Shown here: positions 1 to 13,315 of the stretch, one piece after another
How positions within the stretch are numbered: position 1 is the first letter of the stretch
How the letters are laid out: every line of letters starts with the position of its first letter
Source of the DNA: Epiperipatus broadwayi
Lineage: Eukaryota; Animalia; Onychophora
DNA: 64,000 nt
NCBI GenBank assembly: GCA_028023455.1
Contig: JAQFVV010000001.1
Span: 34,286,001-34,350,000 of the forward strand
Direction of reading: 5' to 3'
Made by a program: the position numbers and the translations under genes
Notes under the pieces: generated by a model
The model's database searches: none
Told to the model about the DNA's origin: nothing
The model's input: the letters and a program-made list of their open reading frames with translations, nothing else

Positions 1-3000
1 TCTGTAAATGGAAATGATTGTTTATTAATTATCTAAAAGCTGTTTAATTAAAAAGTCAGATGGAAAGTTAGATAAGAGAAGAAAGAGATTTTAGCTTGAC
101 CAATGGAATCCAAATAAAGGCCCGGACCATAACGAAAAAACAGAACAGTGACGTTTTTGTTCATGGAATCCATAGGAGGACTATAAAAAGAAAAAAATAT
201 TGAGTTCCAGTCAGTTTTTTTCCAACTTGATTTTGGTGAGTCTGGCGACAAGACGCACTTGTCGTCCTCACTCACTTATTTTAAAAATGCAAAGACTGTG
301 GTACCAGAACAGAACCAGCAACTGCTACCTCCAAAATATCAGACCGGTCTTCCAGGAAAGTCTGCGTGGGAATTGCCAACGGGACAGGGACTCCTCTACC
401 GTAAGCAATAGAACTGAACAATTGTTAAAATCATAACATTAATTAAGAACTTTAAAGATTGATAAGTAAATTTAAATTTTATAAAAAGGAACTTTTCTCT
501 GACTTATGTGTCAACTAAATTGATAATGTGAAATTTTATATATGTGTGCATTTGATAAAAAAAATCATTTCCATTTATTATTTATTGTATTGATATTTAT
601 TGTTAAATTTTAAATGAGGAAATTTCAGGTTGGGTATAGACGTTGCATAGATTGATAATGTTGTGGTTTTCACATTCGATTAGAATAGATGTCAACGATA
701 TCACTGCAAGCATCTTACGATGAATGCTAATGGGATTTGAATATTCCCTATGCAAGTGACGTTTATCGATGACTTTGTGTTTTGATCGTTTGTGTTTAAT
801 TTGGAATGTTTTTGACCGTGGGATCTGTGCAGCTGATCTGTACTCAACATTTTAAAACAAATTTTATAAAATTCATTTGTGTGAACGTATCTAAATGTTA
901 AACTTAAGTCGGGCGTGAATGGCTATATAGATTTGTAAAGTTATATTAGGGGAGGGAAATCTTAGGTTATTCGTGTCGTTGTTGAATTGGGTCAATGGAT
1001 TGGATATATTTGTGTAATTAGTAGATGTAGTATGAGTTTCGCTACGTGCAGAATCGCTGTATACACCGCACCAACCCTTTGCCTATGGATGGGATTGTAA
1101 GTCAGCAAAAAGGATCGCAGTCCCTTCCTATGGAGTTTTTATTTTATTGTTCTTCTTGCTATACAGACGTCATATTCCTGTATTAGACAAGAGTCAATGT
1201 TTTCTCAAACTATATTGTTCAGATGTCCATTCCTAACAGTATAGTATATTTGTGCTGTTGTATTTTCATGCTACATTGAATACATAAATGTATCAGATGG
1301 ATTGATGCCAGTTTGACTGCGAATTTTAGCCTAAGGTTAAATAGGGATAGAATGTTTTATTTTCAAATGCAGATCTATGTAGTCTATTCATACTTGACAA
1401 TCTAAATAAAAAAAATTTAAATCATTGAAATTTATGTAAATGTAAAAATAAAGAGTAATATAAAAATCTAAAAATGTTAAACCTATTCCTCGAATTTAGA
1501 ATGATTTTATATGTGCGTAAATAAATATTTTATGTGTAAATTTCTGGCAGTGGCTTTTAATCTTTTATATTTAAGATATAAAATTAAGATATTTTATTAT
1601 CTCTGCTACTCACTGAGCTAGTGACTTGGGCTAACGATCGGAATCAAAATAAAAAAAATTTTTTTTTTGACTTACGTATCTGCCTACTTTATAAATTTTT
1701 CTAGGTTCAAATGCCTAGATGGCGCCCTGTAGTGCAGTTTACATAAGTCTAGCATTCTCCGGATCGTTACAATTGATTGAGGCTATAGTCTTGGGTTTAT
1801 AACAACTGGAATACATTTATGATTTTCTGTTATTTTTTACATTACATATCCAACAGATTTTGTTGGGACTGGTATTGACGAGATGAGTCCGATCCCTGCA
1901 AATAAAACATTAGGGTTAAACCCCTCGATCAGATACAAAGATAGGACACCTCTTCTAACACGGAAGGAATATCCAGAGGAGAAATGCCTGAGTTTAGTAT
2001 TAATGAAAAGGCTGTACTGTTAGACATTAACTCATTGCCTGCTCGTTTTTCCGATAGTATCTGAATTGCATTATTGTGTCACACTTGACCAGGAGTCTGT
2101 AAGTCCATTTGGGAAAAGTTAACGTAGCAGTTATGAGCAAGACCATATGCCATTTTGAATCTGTTCATATCTATTTTAATTAAATATCTGCTTTAAAAAC
2201 AGTTGAGTTCTCTTGAAGAGTTCCTTCTGCATTAGATTTTTAAATTCTATGATGAAGTATCTCCTGTTTGGGTGGTGGTAGATTTGGCATCTTCAAGTTG
2301 CTGATCCTTGATGAGTGTGAAGAAATCATCTGTTGGGAATGCAAAGAGGTTACAGTTGTTATTAGTGGTATTCAAGATTAACATATTGTCATTGTGGTAG
2401 TTTAGAGATGAGTTTTACAGAATTGGTGGTATCCTAGAGTTAAACTCCTGGCTGATGGACTGATAGTCATTCAGGTTTGAGCTTATGTTATCTTGATTTG
2501 GGAGCAGTTTATTTATTTTATTAATGTCATAGTTGTCGTCATCCTCAAAGTCAAGAATAGTGTATTGAGGAGATTGCTCATCTACTCTGCTTCTGAATGT
2601 TAGTATTGCATTTCCCATCTGCTGAGGCATAGCTCGGTAGATTTGGTTGATTAGAAGGGCTTATCTTGGATTTTATTTGTATAGTGGGAAAGGGGCCTTG
2701 AGCAGCTAAAGAATAATTCATTTGTTTATTTTCGGCATCCGAGTTACAGATTAAACTTGGAAAATCAGAATCTAGTTGACTTCCTTCAAACCGCAACATG
2801 TGCAGTATAATTGGTATTTTATCACTCACAAGTATTTCTGAACTTCTCCGAGTCTGGATTCTTGTCAGAAGTCACTTGTAAATGTAGAGAAGGATTCCAT
2901 CTATTTTTTTATAATTTAGTGTTGAAGTGAGTTTATTGTACAGTTCTGCTCAAATAACACTTCGTTGCAGTGCTGGGTGTCGAGTTGCTGTTGAGTACCA

Positions 3001-4450
3001 TCTGTGTTTTTTGAGATTTGTGGGTTTTTTTTAATTTTATTCACTTGCGAACAGGCTAATTTTAAAATTGTTTTGTTTATTTTGAAAGATAGCAACTGTA
3101 TTTTCCTCTCTTAAAGTTATATTAGACTTATTTTGCAATATTTGAGAATTTTCCTTTACATTTTTAAGTATTATGGTCGATACGGCTGTATCATGTTTTT
3201 GCAAGACAGTTTTAATTTTGGAATCCGATAATTTTTTTCCCTGACTTTGAATGCTTTTTGGGAATTTTTTAGCACTGTCTACATTGTTCTGAAGTAATAT
3301 TCATTGATTTTGAATCGCCAATTTTAGATTTGTTGTCTTTTTGCCGAACATTTAAAGTAGGCCTACTAGGGCCTTGCTTGGCATAGCCACTGCTACAGGA
3401 ATCCATATTTGATTCTAGTTTCTGATTTTCCTGCCTTAGGAAGTCAAAACCAAAGCTCATTTCTATTGTCTAATCCAGTATAAACAATCAAAGTAGCTTA
3501 TCTCAACCTGGCTTATATGCACTTGAGAAACCGCTAAAATAACAAAAAATTTACAATTTAAATCGAACACGATGTGTAGATGGTGTAACAAGTGTACCTT
3601 ATGAAAACATTCTTAAATTTAAAAAATTCAGTGTTTTCTTGATTTACTAGTAGGGGAACAGGATCTTAGTTTCATACAATGAATTTGACGCAGCAAATAA
3701 TTTTCTTGAAGTAGTTATATCTGTGTAATGAATTACCCAATTTTTCATTCTATATATAATATAAAATATAATTCATACTACTGAACAGCAATGTGTTGGT
3801 TTATTACACATTATTGATAATATTTGTTCATTGTTGTTTTTAAAGATTGTGATGTATGAAGCCTTCTCTTTTATTTTTTTGTTTGCTTCTGTTAATATTT
3901 TATCAATGCCAGTTTTTAATTGTCTTTTGAAAAGATGGATTAGTTTTTGAGCCCATTTTTCAGCAGAATATAATTTACTTATATACTTGGCTCCTCATAT
4001 AAGGACTTTTGACTTAGCACTCAACACTTTGCAACATAAAATTCAGCAGCAGTTTTTTTGCAACAACAGTCTCCCTTGCTTTATAATCTATGCAATTCAA
4101 ATTTTTTTTCTTGATTCTGGTGTCATATTTTTCTGATAATTAACTTCTTCATAAGAATAGCACTTATATTAGGAGACTTGGCAAAAAATTCTTCAAATAA
4201 TTATTGAAATTGTATAATTATCCATTTGTTTTTGATTAACACATTAGCAAAATTTGTTCTTGTTACATGAATACTACTCAATTTAGAAATCCAGTAAATA
4301 ATTTTAAGTTCTTTAATTGGAGAGAGTGCTGATGGATCTTCAACTTTCCTTCAATCTCTACTTTTTTTCTAGGCCTGTTTGTCAATCTTGTATTCATTTT
4401 TATGGCAGAAACTGTATTGAATTATTAGTGCTAAAAAAGTCTGAAGAGTG
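1..4450 (-). pseudogene. Decayed multi-ORF coding relic of transposon or viral origin (family unresolved; runs off the window edge)
   Basis: GC-richer than the flanks. Minus-strand reading frames broken by stops and frameshifts: ORF-track pieces 3269-3460, 2578-2829, 2415-2630 and 48-275, plus manual translations such as MNTRLTNRPRKK (ATG 4397), AKYISKLYSAEKWAQKLIHLFKRQLKTGIDKILTEANKKIKEK (~3850-3975) and TVEESLSRWQFPRRLSW (~350-400). No YADD or other diagnostic catalytic motif found. Confidence 0.45.
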
Positions 4451-5884
4451 CAGAAATCTATGGCCAAAATAAATTTTAAAGTATGTAAACTATGCCTACA
4501 AGGTAGCTGATTGGTACGGAGCAATTGCTAGGATAGTTTATATTGAATGCTTTTGTTGTTAATGAGCAGCAAAAAAAAATGTTTAATTTTTGTTGTTTAT
4601 TTAAAGAGAGAAGTATAGGTCATTACAATTTGGTTTTATTTAAATATGTTTTATATTTAAAAAATATAAGTTAAATTCAATTGTAACATTATAAAATTGT
4701 AATTTTAATCAATCAAAGCCATGAGAGCAAATGCAAATAGTACTATCAAGTATAAGCATACCTCTTTAATAATTAACGAAAAATGCAATTTCACAGTTAT
4801 AAAGAAACAAAAAATTGTATTTCTATGTTAGCAGATATTCTATTGAAGCAGCTACATAATGGATTAGATATAATTTAGTATTGTGATAATTAATCTAATT
4901 AAATTGTTTAATAAAGAATTTAGACTAGAAAAATTCTGAGGTGGTGACAGTAATGATGATGATTAAATGGAAGGAAAAATTCATTATTGTTTTGTTAAGC
5001 AAATTGTTGAATAATTTTAATCCAAGGATAAAATAGGTATATAAACATTAAGAATTTTTTTATCTAATTTAAAAAAAAATTACAGTAAAAAATGTTTGCA
5101 AAAATAATAAACATTCTTAATAACGAAATGTAAGCCATAAATTTATTTCAAAATTAATCATATTTTTTTTAAAAATATTCATTAGTGCAAATTACTATTT
5201 AATATTATTTAATTAATGTTGTACAGTTCTTTTTAAAATCATTTTTAATTAATACAGATTACAACCATGTCCCTAATCAGAAAAACATAGAACTAACAAT
5301 CACAAGATAGCAGTTCCCCCCCCCCCCAAAAAAAAAAAAAAACAGACCTAAATAGAGAATTAATCATATTAGATTTTTGGGGTAATATGTTTTCCAAAAC
5401 AGAAATATTTAAATTACCATGGTTTTAGAAATTGCCCATTAAATTCAATCATTTTATAGGTGAACAAATAGTGTGTTTTGGTATATCAGTCAGACTTGTT
5501 CAAAATATAGATGTACTCTTTTTTCTTTCAAGAGAATTGGACACCCTATCAACACTATAAGTTTTATTTAAAGATGCTACGTAAAATTTTAAAATACAAT
5601 AACAGGATCATAAAACTAGTCAATATGTTCTAAAGTTAAGTTTCATTCCCTTTTTCCTAGTTTAGGGAATTAAATTTTTTTAAAACTATCCCTATTAAAA
5701 AGGGGAGTTTCTTAGCTCTCTTTTCATATACAAGCTATATCAACAAAGTAATCACAAGTAAGAATAATTTCAACTTTTATAAAAATGCTATGTAAATATA
5801 TGGCAGCCATTGAAATGACAAAAGATTTCTACAGAGATTTTACATTTTAATGGAAATTTTCATTTCACTTAATTTTGTTGAATG

Positions 5885-6820
5885 AATGAGAGTCCGGTTA
5901 TTGGGAGGGCCCCCAGGGGCCTAAATCCTAGTTCTTTTGAGGAAGGGGGCTGGGATGAGGGCGCTGTGGTGATCGTTACCTATGTTGGTTTTTCTCATTC
6001 ACAAGATAGGAAAAATAATGTTATTTATGATTCTAATTGCAAGTGATTCACCTTATTTAATTTTATTACTTCCAATGTTGTTATTGATAGGGCTGGCCTT
6101 TTGCTGTTCATGTGATTTTCATGATGGATTAGAATGGTTTTTCAGCAGAGACATTTTGAAGCTTGGATTTTTTTTCCTTGTTTTCCATAATTTTTCCAAA
6201 GTGTTCGGGATTGCTCTCTGTTGAAGATATCCGAAACCATTTGGAAGAACTGAATAGAAGATTGATTTAGTCCATATTTTATGTTATCTCCAAGTATTCT
6301 ATTTCTCAACTTATCTACCGTAAATTTGGATTTCTCAATATTGTACTCCTTAAACATTATTCATATTTGAATTCTAGACTTTACAAATAATTCCTAATTG
6401 TACCTTTTAATTAAATTTTTCATTACACTCAACTTTTCTGATTGAATGAGAGAGTTTGGCTGTTGGGAGGGGTCCCAGAGTCCTAAATCCTGGTTCTTCT
6501 GGGTGGGGAGGGCTTGGATGAGGGTGCTGCGGGGATCATTGCCAGCGTTGATTTTCTCATTCACAAGAATAAAATGCTATTCACAATGGTTTTAGTGTTA
6601 TTGTTATAAATGATTTTATCTAACTATTATTGCAAAGTAAGCTGCAGTTTGGCCTAATGATTTTAATTGCAAGTGATTCATCCTATTTAAATTTATTATT
6701 TCCAATGTTGTTATCTCCGAGTGTTTTCTTATTCTCAACTTATCCATCGCAAATTGAATTTCGCAATATTGTACTCCTAAAATGCTACTCATATTTAAAC
6801 TCTAGACTTTACAAATAATT
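5885..6820 (-). repeat. Two head-to-tail diverged copies of a decayed ORF-like TE fragment
   Basis: 5885-6410 and 6443-6820 align (GAATGAGAG..TTGGGAGGG..CCTAAATCCT..TTTTCTCATTCACAAG; GCAAGTGATTC; ATATTGTACTCCT; TCTAGACTTTACAAATAATTCCTAATTGTA). The second copy lacks ~230 bp present in the first. The minus frame reads FVKSRIQI..FKEYNIEKSKF. Confidence 0.75.
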
Positions 6821-9800
6821 CCTAATTGTAATATTCATTTGTCTTTAATGGTTATTTTTCTCGTATATTAATGCTTTGAGTTTCCATGGGTTGATCAATT
6901 TCTGGAAATGCTATGGACAAAAAAATTCAATGTGCCATTTCAAATCTCCATATTACACTATGTAAATCAATATTTACCTTGTAAAACATTTTATACTCAA
7001 TAAAGTCTCTTTTATAATAAATAAATAAAAAAAAAGAATTAATAACTGCAATTTTAATGAATTATGGATCAATTGTATTATAAATCTATGTTTGTTCTCT
7101 TTTATAAACATGTTGAACTATGAACTCAGAATTGTTATTCCCATTTGAGATGTCACTATTTTCGTCAAAATTTAAATTTCAACCTTCAAGAACTCATTAT
7201 AATTTTGATTATTGCTAATTTGCCATATCAGTGTCATCAGTAATGTAACTTTTTTTAATTAAATGCGCTTTTCTCAAATACTAATTAATAACTTATTTGA
7301 TAAATAATAACTTCTAAGAAATTGGAATTTGGGAATATGCGTCTTAAGTAAAATCAACTTGTGTATAAGGAAGATGTTAACATTGTTTTTGTATATGACA
7401 TGATTACAAGTCGAATGAGCAAGAGAATGACTAAATTTGAGATGTAATGCCTGTCAAAGTGAACAATATTAAGATATTGATAAAGAATAAGTCCTGTAGA
7501 CATTTAAGTGGATAGAACCAGCAAAAAAATTTATGATTACTGACTTAGTATATCTGTAATAGAAGCAAAAATTAATAATACCATGAAGATGTGGGAAATT
7601 GAGATGAGATTAACTGCCAATTCAATCACTTATTTTCAAATACATCTAATATTAAAAATCTTCATATGAAAATAGTGTTAAATAAAAAGTTAAGATCGAG
7701 TCTTATATGAGATCAGAGCTAATGAGATAGATAAGTTGTAATAATGAGAAAAGAAATGATTGTGTCAATAAATATTATAAAAAAGATTACTAGTTATTAA
7801 TAAATTTAAGAAAATCATTGACACAGTAGATGTGACAGTTATTAGCCAATTATACCTGATTTGTGTGTTATTGTTTTTTATATGTACACATTTTGACTGT
7901 TCAGATGCACTCATCAAAACTTGGTTTTCATTTTCTTTCAAACTTCTTAGTCATATTACTTCTAGATATATCTTGCACTTTAAATTTACTAGTTGATTGT
8001 GTAGTATATATTCTTCAATTCATATTTTGATTGTTTTATTTAATGAAATAATTTTTCTGAAGGTGTTCCTGCTATTTATTTTTTATTGATCCATATGGAG
8101 TTGTTCATTCCTAGCTTAATCATAACCTTTTTATATGTATGTATTAATATTATCCTTCATTATAAACCATCTAGAAAATTGGATATCACTGAAAAGTCCT
8201 AATTATCACCAGATGTTTCATTAGAACATATAGCTAAATCACTCAAAGTAAGATAGTTAATATTATGCAAAGTTCACATATTTCTCACCAAATATGATTA
8301 GTATTAGAACTGTTTTTATTTAATACATATAGTCAGCATATCACATTCTCCCTAATTACTGTATGTGATATATATAGCTTGCAAATGTCGACTGATATTA
8401 TGTCAATTTAAGTGTATAAATTTTGTAAGTAGATTTGAAATGTGCATAATTTTTTTAGTTGGTTTTATTTCTGTTTTAATGAACCAGTAAATTACATTAC
8501 ATAAACAGAACAAAAACAAATGGTGTATTTAAATAGGCTTTAAATAGTAAGCTAAAATTCTCTTTTATTTTATGAATTTAATCTTCTGTAGCCCCTCTAA
8601 TTTAATTGAACTTTCAATAAAATTTTTATTTTAATGCCATATTTGTTTAATATGGTTTTATAAATAATGCTATTCAATAATATTTAATATTTTAAAAAGA
8701 AAAAAAATATAGTTGTTTGAAAAGAAACAATTCTAAACTAAGTATATCATTTACATACAATAGTTATACTTCATTCTATGATTATTTTAGAGGAAAATAT
8801 TTTAGCAATTTTATTGCATGCATTTGTTGAATTCTTAATTTTTTATGTTCATGTTTTTAGTTAACATAATTTATTCAGTCTCTGTTCTTATATGTATTTG
8901 AAAAATAATTGCTTTTTGTAAATCATATAGTGGTAATATTTTTTAAAAATTTAAAAAATTATATTAAATAAATAATATTATTTAAAATAGATTTTAGTAA
9001 GAATATTGATTTATATTTGTTATACATGCATATGGATATACAGAAATGCACATATAATTGTGGCCATTTAATAGGTATATGCGTACCCATGCAATGGTTT
9101 GGCACCACTCAAGTTCACTGCTTTGCTATCACTTCTTATGTTAAAACTTTGTATGAATTCCTAAACAATACCACCATTTATTTTTTTTTTAATTGTTTTT
9201 GTAGTATTTTCTTTTAACATGAAAACACTCATGATAGAACTACATTAATTCCATTACATCTACAGTTCAAAAAATCTTTTTAATTTTGTATATTTTTTAG
9301 ATTTTAAAATTTATATTGTACAAAATACTGATTTTTTTAAAGACATTTCAAATTATTTTTAATATTTTATTGAACAAATACCATCATTAAATTGGGGCTA
9401 ACTTTGTCAAAATAAAATTATTTTTTGTAAAAATTTAATATTAGAATTAAATTTAAATATAAATAAAAAAATTGTAGATATACATTTATTTTAAAAAATA
9501 AATAAAATCATATTTTTTTCTCTCTTCTTTTCCATTGATATATATATGTAATCCTTCTAAAAAGCATTTTATAGTTTTAAAAATTTATATTTTATATTTA
9601 TTAAATGAAAACAGTTTTTAAATTATTGAAAACAACCTGAAAATAATAAAATTAACTTTGTAATCTTTTTTTTTTTTTTTTTTTGGCATAAAGTGTACTA
9701 TTCAACCTTTAAATTGTATTGCTTTATTTTCCTGATAGCTACTGCTATCTATTTATAAAAATGAAGACTAAAATGTATAATCTTTGCTAATTATTTAGAA

Positions 9801-11105
9801 GTTCTAGCATATAGTTCATTCAAATGACATCATGGCTGCAAAATTTAACAAGAAATACCAATCCAAAATAAAACAGAATTTGCCATGAAAATGTTAAATA
9901 AAAGTTTACAATTTATTTTAAATCTATATTTGATAGAAATAAAAAGAAAATGATAAATTAGAACTATATTTTCAACTAAATCTTAAGTTACTCATCAAGT
10001 ATTGTATTAAGTTGAAAGTTTAAAGTTATCTTTTTTATTCAGAGAATAATTTGATATTATAAGCAATCGTTTGCTGGAGATGTCTTATGGCATGTTGTAT
10101 TGGTAGAAATTATTTATGATTTAAAATTTTGTCATAAAAGATTAAAAGTAAATACCTTTGTATTATTTAGATTGGGCTCATTTGTATTTATTTCTTACTT
10201 ATGTTATTAAAAAATAGAAATCAATATATGAATTTATATTTTTTATATCACAAATAATGATGAAAATAATTTATATCAGTTTATTAAGAATTTTTAAGAC
10301 TATCTTTGAAGTTGAGTTTGTTGAATATATATATATGATATAGATATACAATACTATTATTTTGAAACTTGATTTCTAGTTTTTCATGCAGTGTTCTGTT
10401 AATAATGTATACTGAACTCTTACTTGTTATCAATCTTATTATCAAATAAATATTTGAAAACAAATCATTATATAATCTTGTATTTTATTAGGAAAGAAAG
10501 ACTCTTCCCTAAATGGTTTTTTTTTATTTAGGACTTAGATTTGAATGGAGCTATGAAATATTGTGATTAGTTTTAAATATATATATAATAAATGATTAGA
10601 AGATGTTTTTATATGTGATTATAATCAAAATTTTGCTGAAAAAATTATAGTTTAATATTTTCATATTAAAATTTAAGAAGCATATATATAATATTTCATA
10701 TAATTTGATGTTAAATTGCATCTACAACCAAATGTATAAAAAAAAGTCAGTAAAATACATAGTAATGAACAAATTAAAATAAAATATTATATATTGGTGA
10801 AATCTTAAGTAAATAAATAATAATTTTAATATTTGTAATATTGGATATATATTTACAAATACATTTTGCACGGTAATAGCAATATAAAATCTTTCAAAAT
10901 ATATGTTTAATTTTATATCTATCTCTTGGGCATCTTTTATACAACAGTAATTAAAAAAATAAAAAATTACTTTTTTTTTTTTTTTTTTCATTTTATTTAA
11001 ATGCATTTTGATTATTTTGTGGCTTAAATAAATTAAAAAATAATAAACAAACACAATCTTCTATTTTATAATTAGCCCATTAATTTTAATATATATCCAA
11101 CACTT

Positions 11106-11193
11106 ACAAACTTCTTTATAAATCTTGTTTTTTTTATAATAATAAGTATAATAGTTCACATTGTAATAGATCAAGATTTATAAAGAAGTTTGT
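11106..11193. repeat. Perfect 22-bp inverted repeat with 44-nt spacer
   Basis: ACAAACTTCTTTATAAATCTTG (11106-11127) is the exact reverse complement of CAAGATTTATAAAGAAGTTTGT (11172-11193). Confidence 0.85.
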
Positions 11194-13315
11194 GTGTGGT
11201 TTGTTATGCCCCCCCCCATTTCATTTACTTGTATAATGTTGTATAAGAGGAAGCAATAGATATGACTACACATTCAACTAATATAAAATATGTTTGAAAA
11301 AGCAAATATCATCTTATTCAAAGACTTTGCTTTGTAAAATGACAGAGTTGATTACTAAACATGTCTGGATCAATAATCAGTTCAGTTTTTTTATTTAAAT
11401 ATGAGGTGTACTAACTTAACAATTTCATTATTTTTTATATATTAACAGTTCATTATGATTTACAGATATTTAAAAAAATCACATCATCCATTGTGTCAAA
11501 GTCCAGTTATTTACTTAACTCTATTTCAAAAAATATATGAAATAAAAATAATTCCATGTTATTTATTTTAGGACATGCAGTTCTCTCAGAGATCGAGCTT
11601 ATTTTTTATGATTGTTTAAAAAATTACCTCAAAAAACAATTGCATTTATTTTTTTTGCATATTTTTATTTTAAATATTTTTTAGAAATAAAAAAGAACCA
11701 GCTAAAATACCAATGTAAATTATTTCTAAGCTCATATTTTGCAACACTTATAATAAGCTATTTATAAATAACATATACTTACAAAGAATAATTATTGAAC
11801 AATTTAAAGTAAAAAAAAAAAGATAAAATATGTTCTTTCTAACATACATGCATCAAAAAACTTTTTTTTTATTATAAATATAAACAATATCATTAAAATA
11901 TAAAATGTCATATATTAGATTACAATCATTCAGCAGATAAAAGTTGGGATTTATACAAAACAAATAAAACTAATTGCTTCATGTAAAATGTATTCAAGTA
12001 TAATCTTGTGATCCCTAATAATCCCTGTGAAAGAATTGCACTTAATTTTTTTTTTGCATTATAAAATGAAAAATTCATTTAGAATACTTTCAAAATCAGA
12101 AATTATTGATGGTTGCAATTCTTCCAAACCTTAAAAAAATCTGCAAAATACTTTTTTTTTTATGTAATAAATTAAATTATCAATTTATTTATTTTTTTAA
12201 AAAAAAATGTATCCAAAATAAGAACAAATCATTTATTCATGAAATTTTCAGGAAATAAAAATAAATTTGTTATTGCTTATGTTTCTGAGATTACTATAGT
12301 TTCAACAATAGTTTATGATAATGTGTTAGGAAAACTGAAAAGTTATTGTCTTTGTTGATGAAGGATTTAAACCAACAGAATATTCAATAGATAATCAAAC
12401 AGCTTTGAGTCTATATAATTAAATTAATCAAAAATTTAATTAAAAAACATGTTGGAGATGGTTATGTAGATTTAGAAATTAATAGACAAAAAAACTGAAG
12501 GAAGAGCTACATCTACCATCACATTTCTATCAGAAATTTAAAAACTAATGGGAGTCGGGGTGTCTTCTGAATCAAGTGTTTAATTATTCACAAAATGATT
12601 AAGCAGTCAAATCTTTAAAGACATGGACATAATAAAAAATGTTTAAATTCATTACTTGATGATTACAAAATGTATTAATCCCACACACACAATTTGTCTT
12701 TTAGCATACATATTAGCATTAAACATATAAATTTTAGATTATTCACCAATATTGTTTTCATGATTTTTTTTAAAGAGTAAATATTTAATATATAGTTATC
12801 TTTTTTACTTTTATATTTTGTACACAATTGAGAATCAATAATAATTAACTGTAACTGTTTTTAAACAATTTTAATTTTTTGTAAATGAGTTTCTTTATGT
12901 AAATTGTAGTTTATGATGTGATTCAAAAAAGTGATTAGAAATTAGAAGCTTCACTACCATGGTTTTTATATTGGCATTTCTTTTGAAATTAGACATTTAG
13001 CATAGAATTCCAAATTTTTATATTTTGTATACAGTTGATAATATGGACAAATCTTTTTTTAATAATTCAGTTTGTTTAGAAATGCTTTTTTGTATGTTAA
13101 TTATACTCTGTGAGATGTAAAAGTAACTCGATATTAGATTACCATTTTTGTTTTTCTATTATCATTTGTTTTGAAAATAACTGTTTAGCATATGATTGCA
13201 AACTTTTTACTTTTATGTATTATATTCATGTTTGGGAATTAGTATTTATTGCTGATCATAGCATGCAGGTAAATATACTTTGATATGGTTTTTTTTATTA
13301 ATTCGGCCTTTTTTC

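Noticed and set aside
1800-1980. LINE RT core (FRVRRGV..LYLIEG..SVGYVM)
   Set aside because: It lacks RQGCPLS and YADD, and spacing to the putative downstream motif at ~350-460 is far too long; kept only as one hypothesis for the relic.
7300-7780. Possible CR1/L2 relic
   Set aside because: Only vague motif echoes with many stops; not supportable.
12280-12640. Possible RTE RT relic (IVFVD; GGAGTCGGGGTGTC)
   Set aside because: Too decayed to align colinearly by eye.
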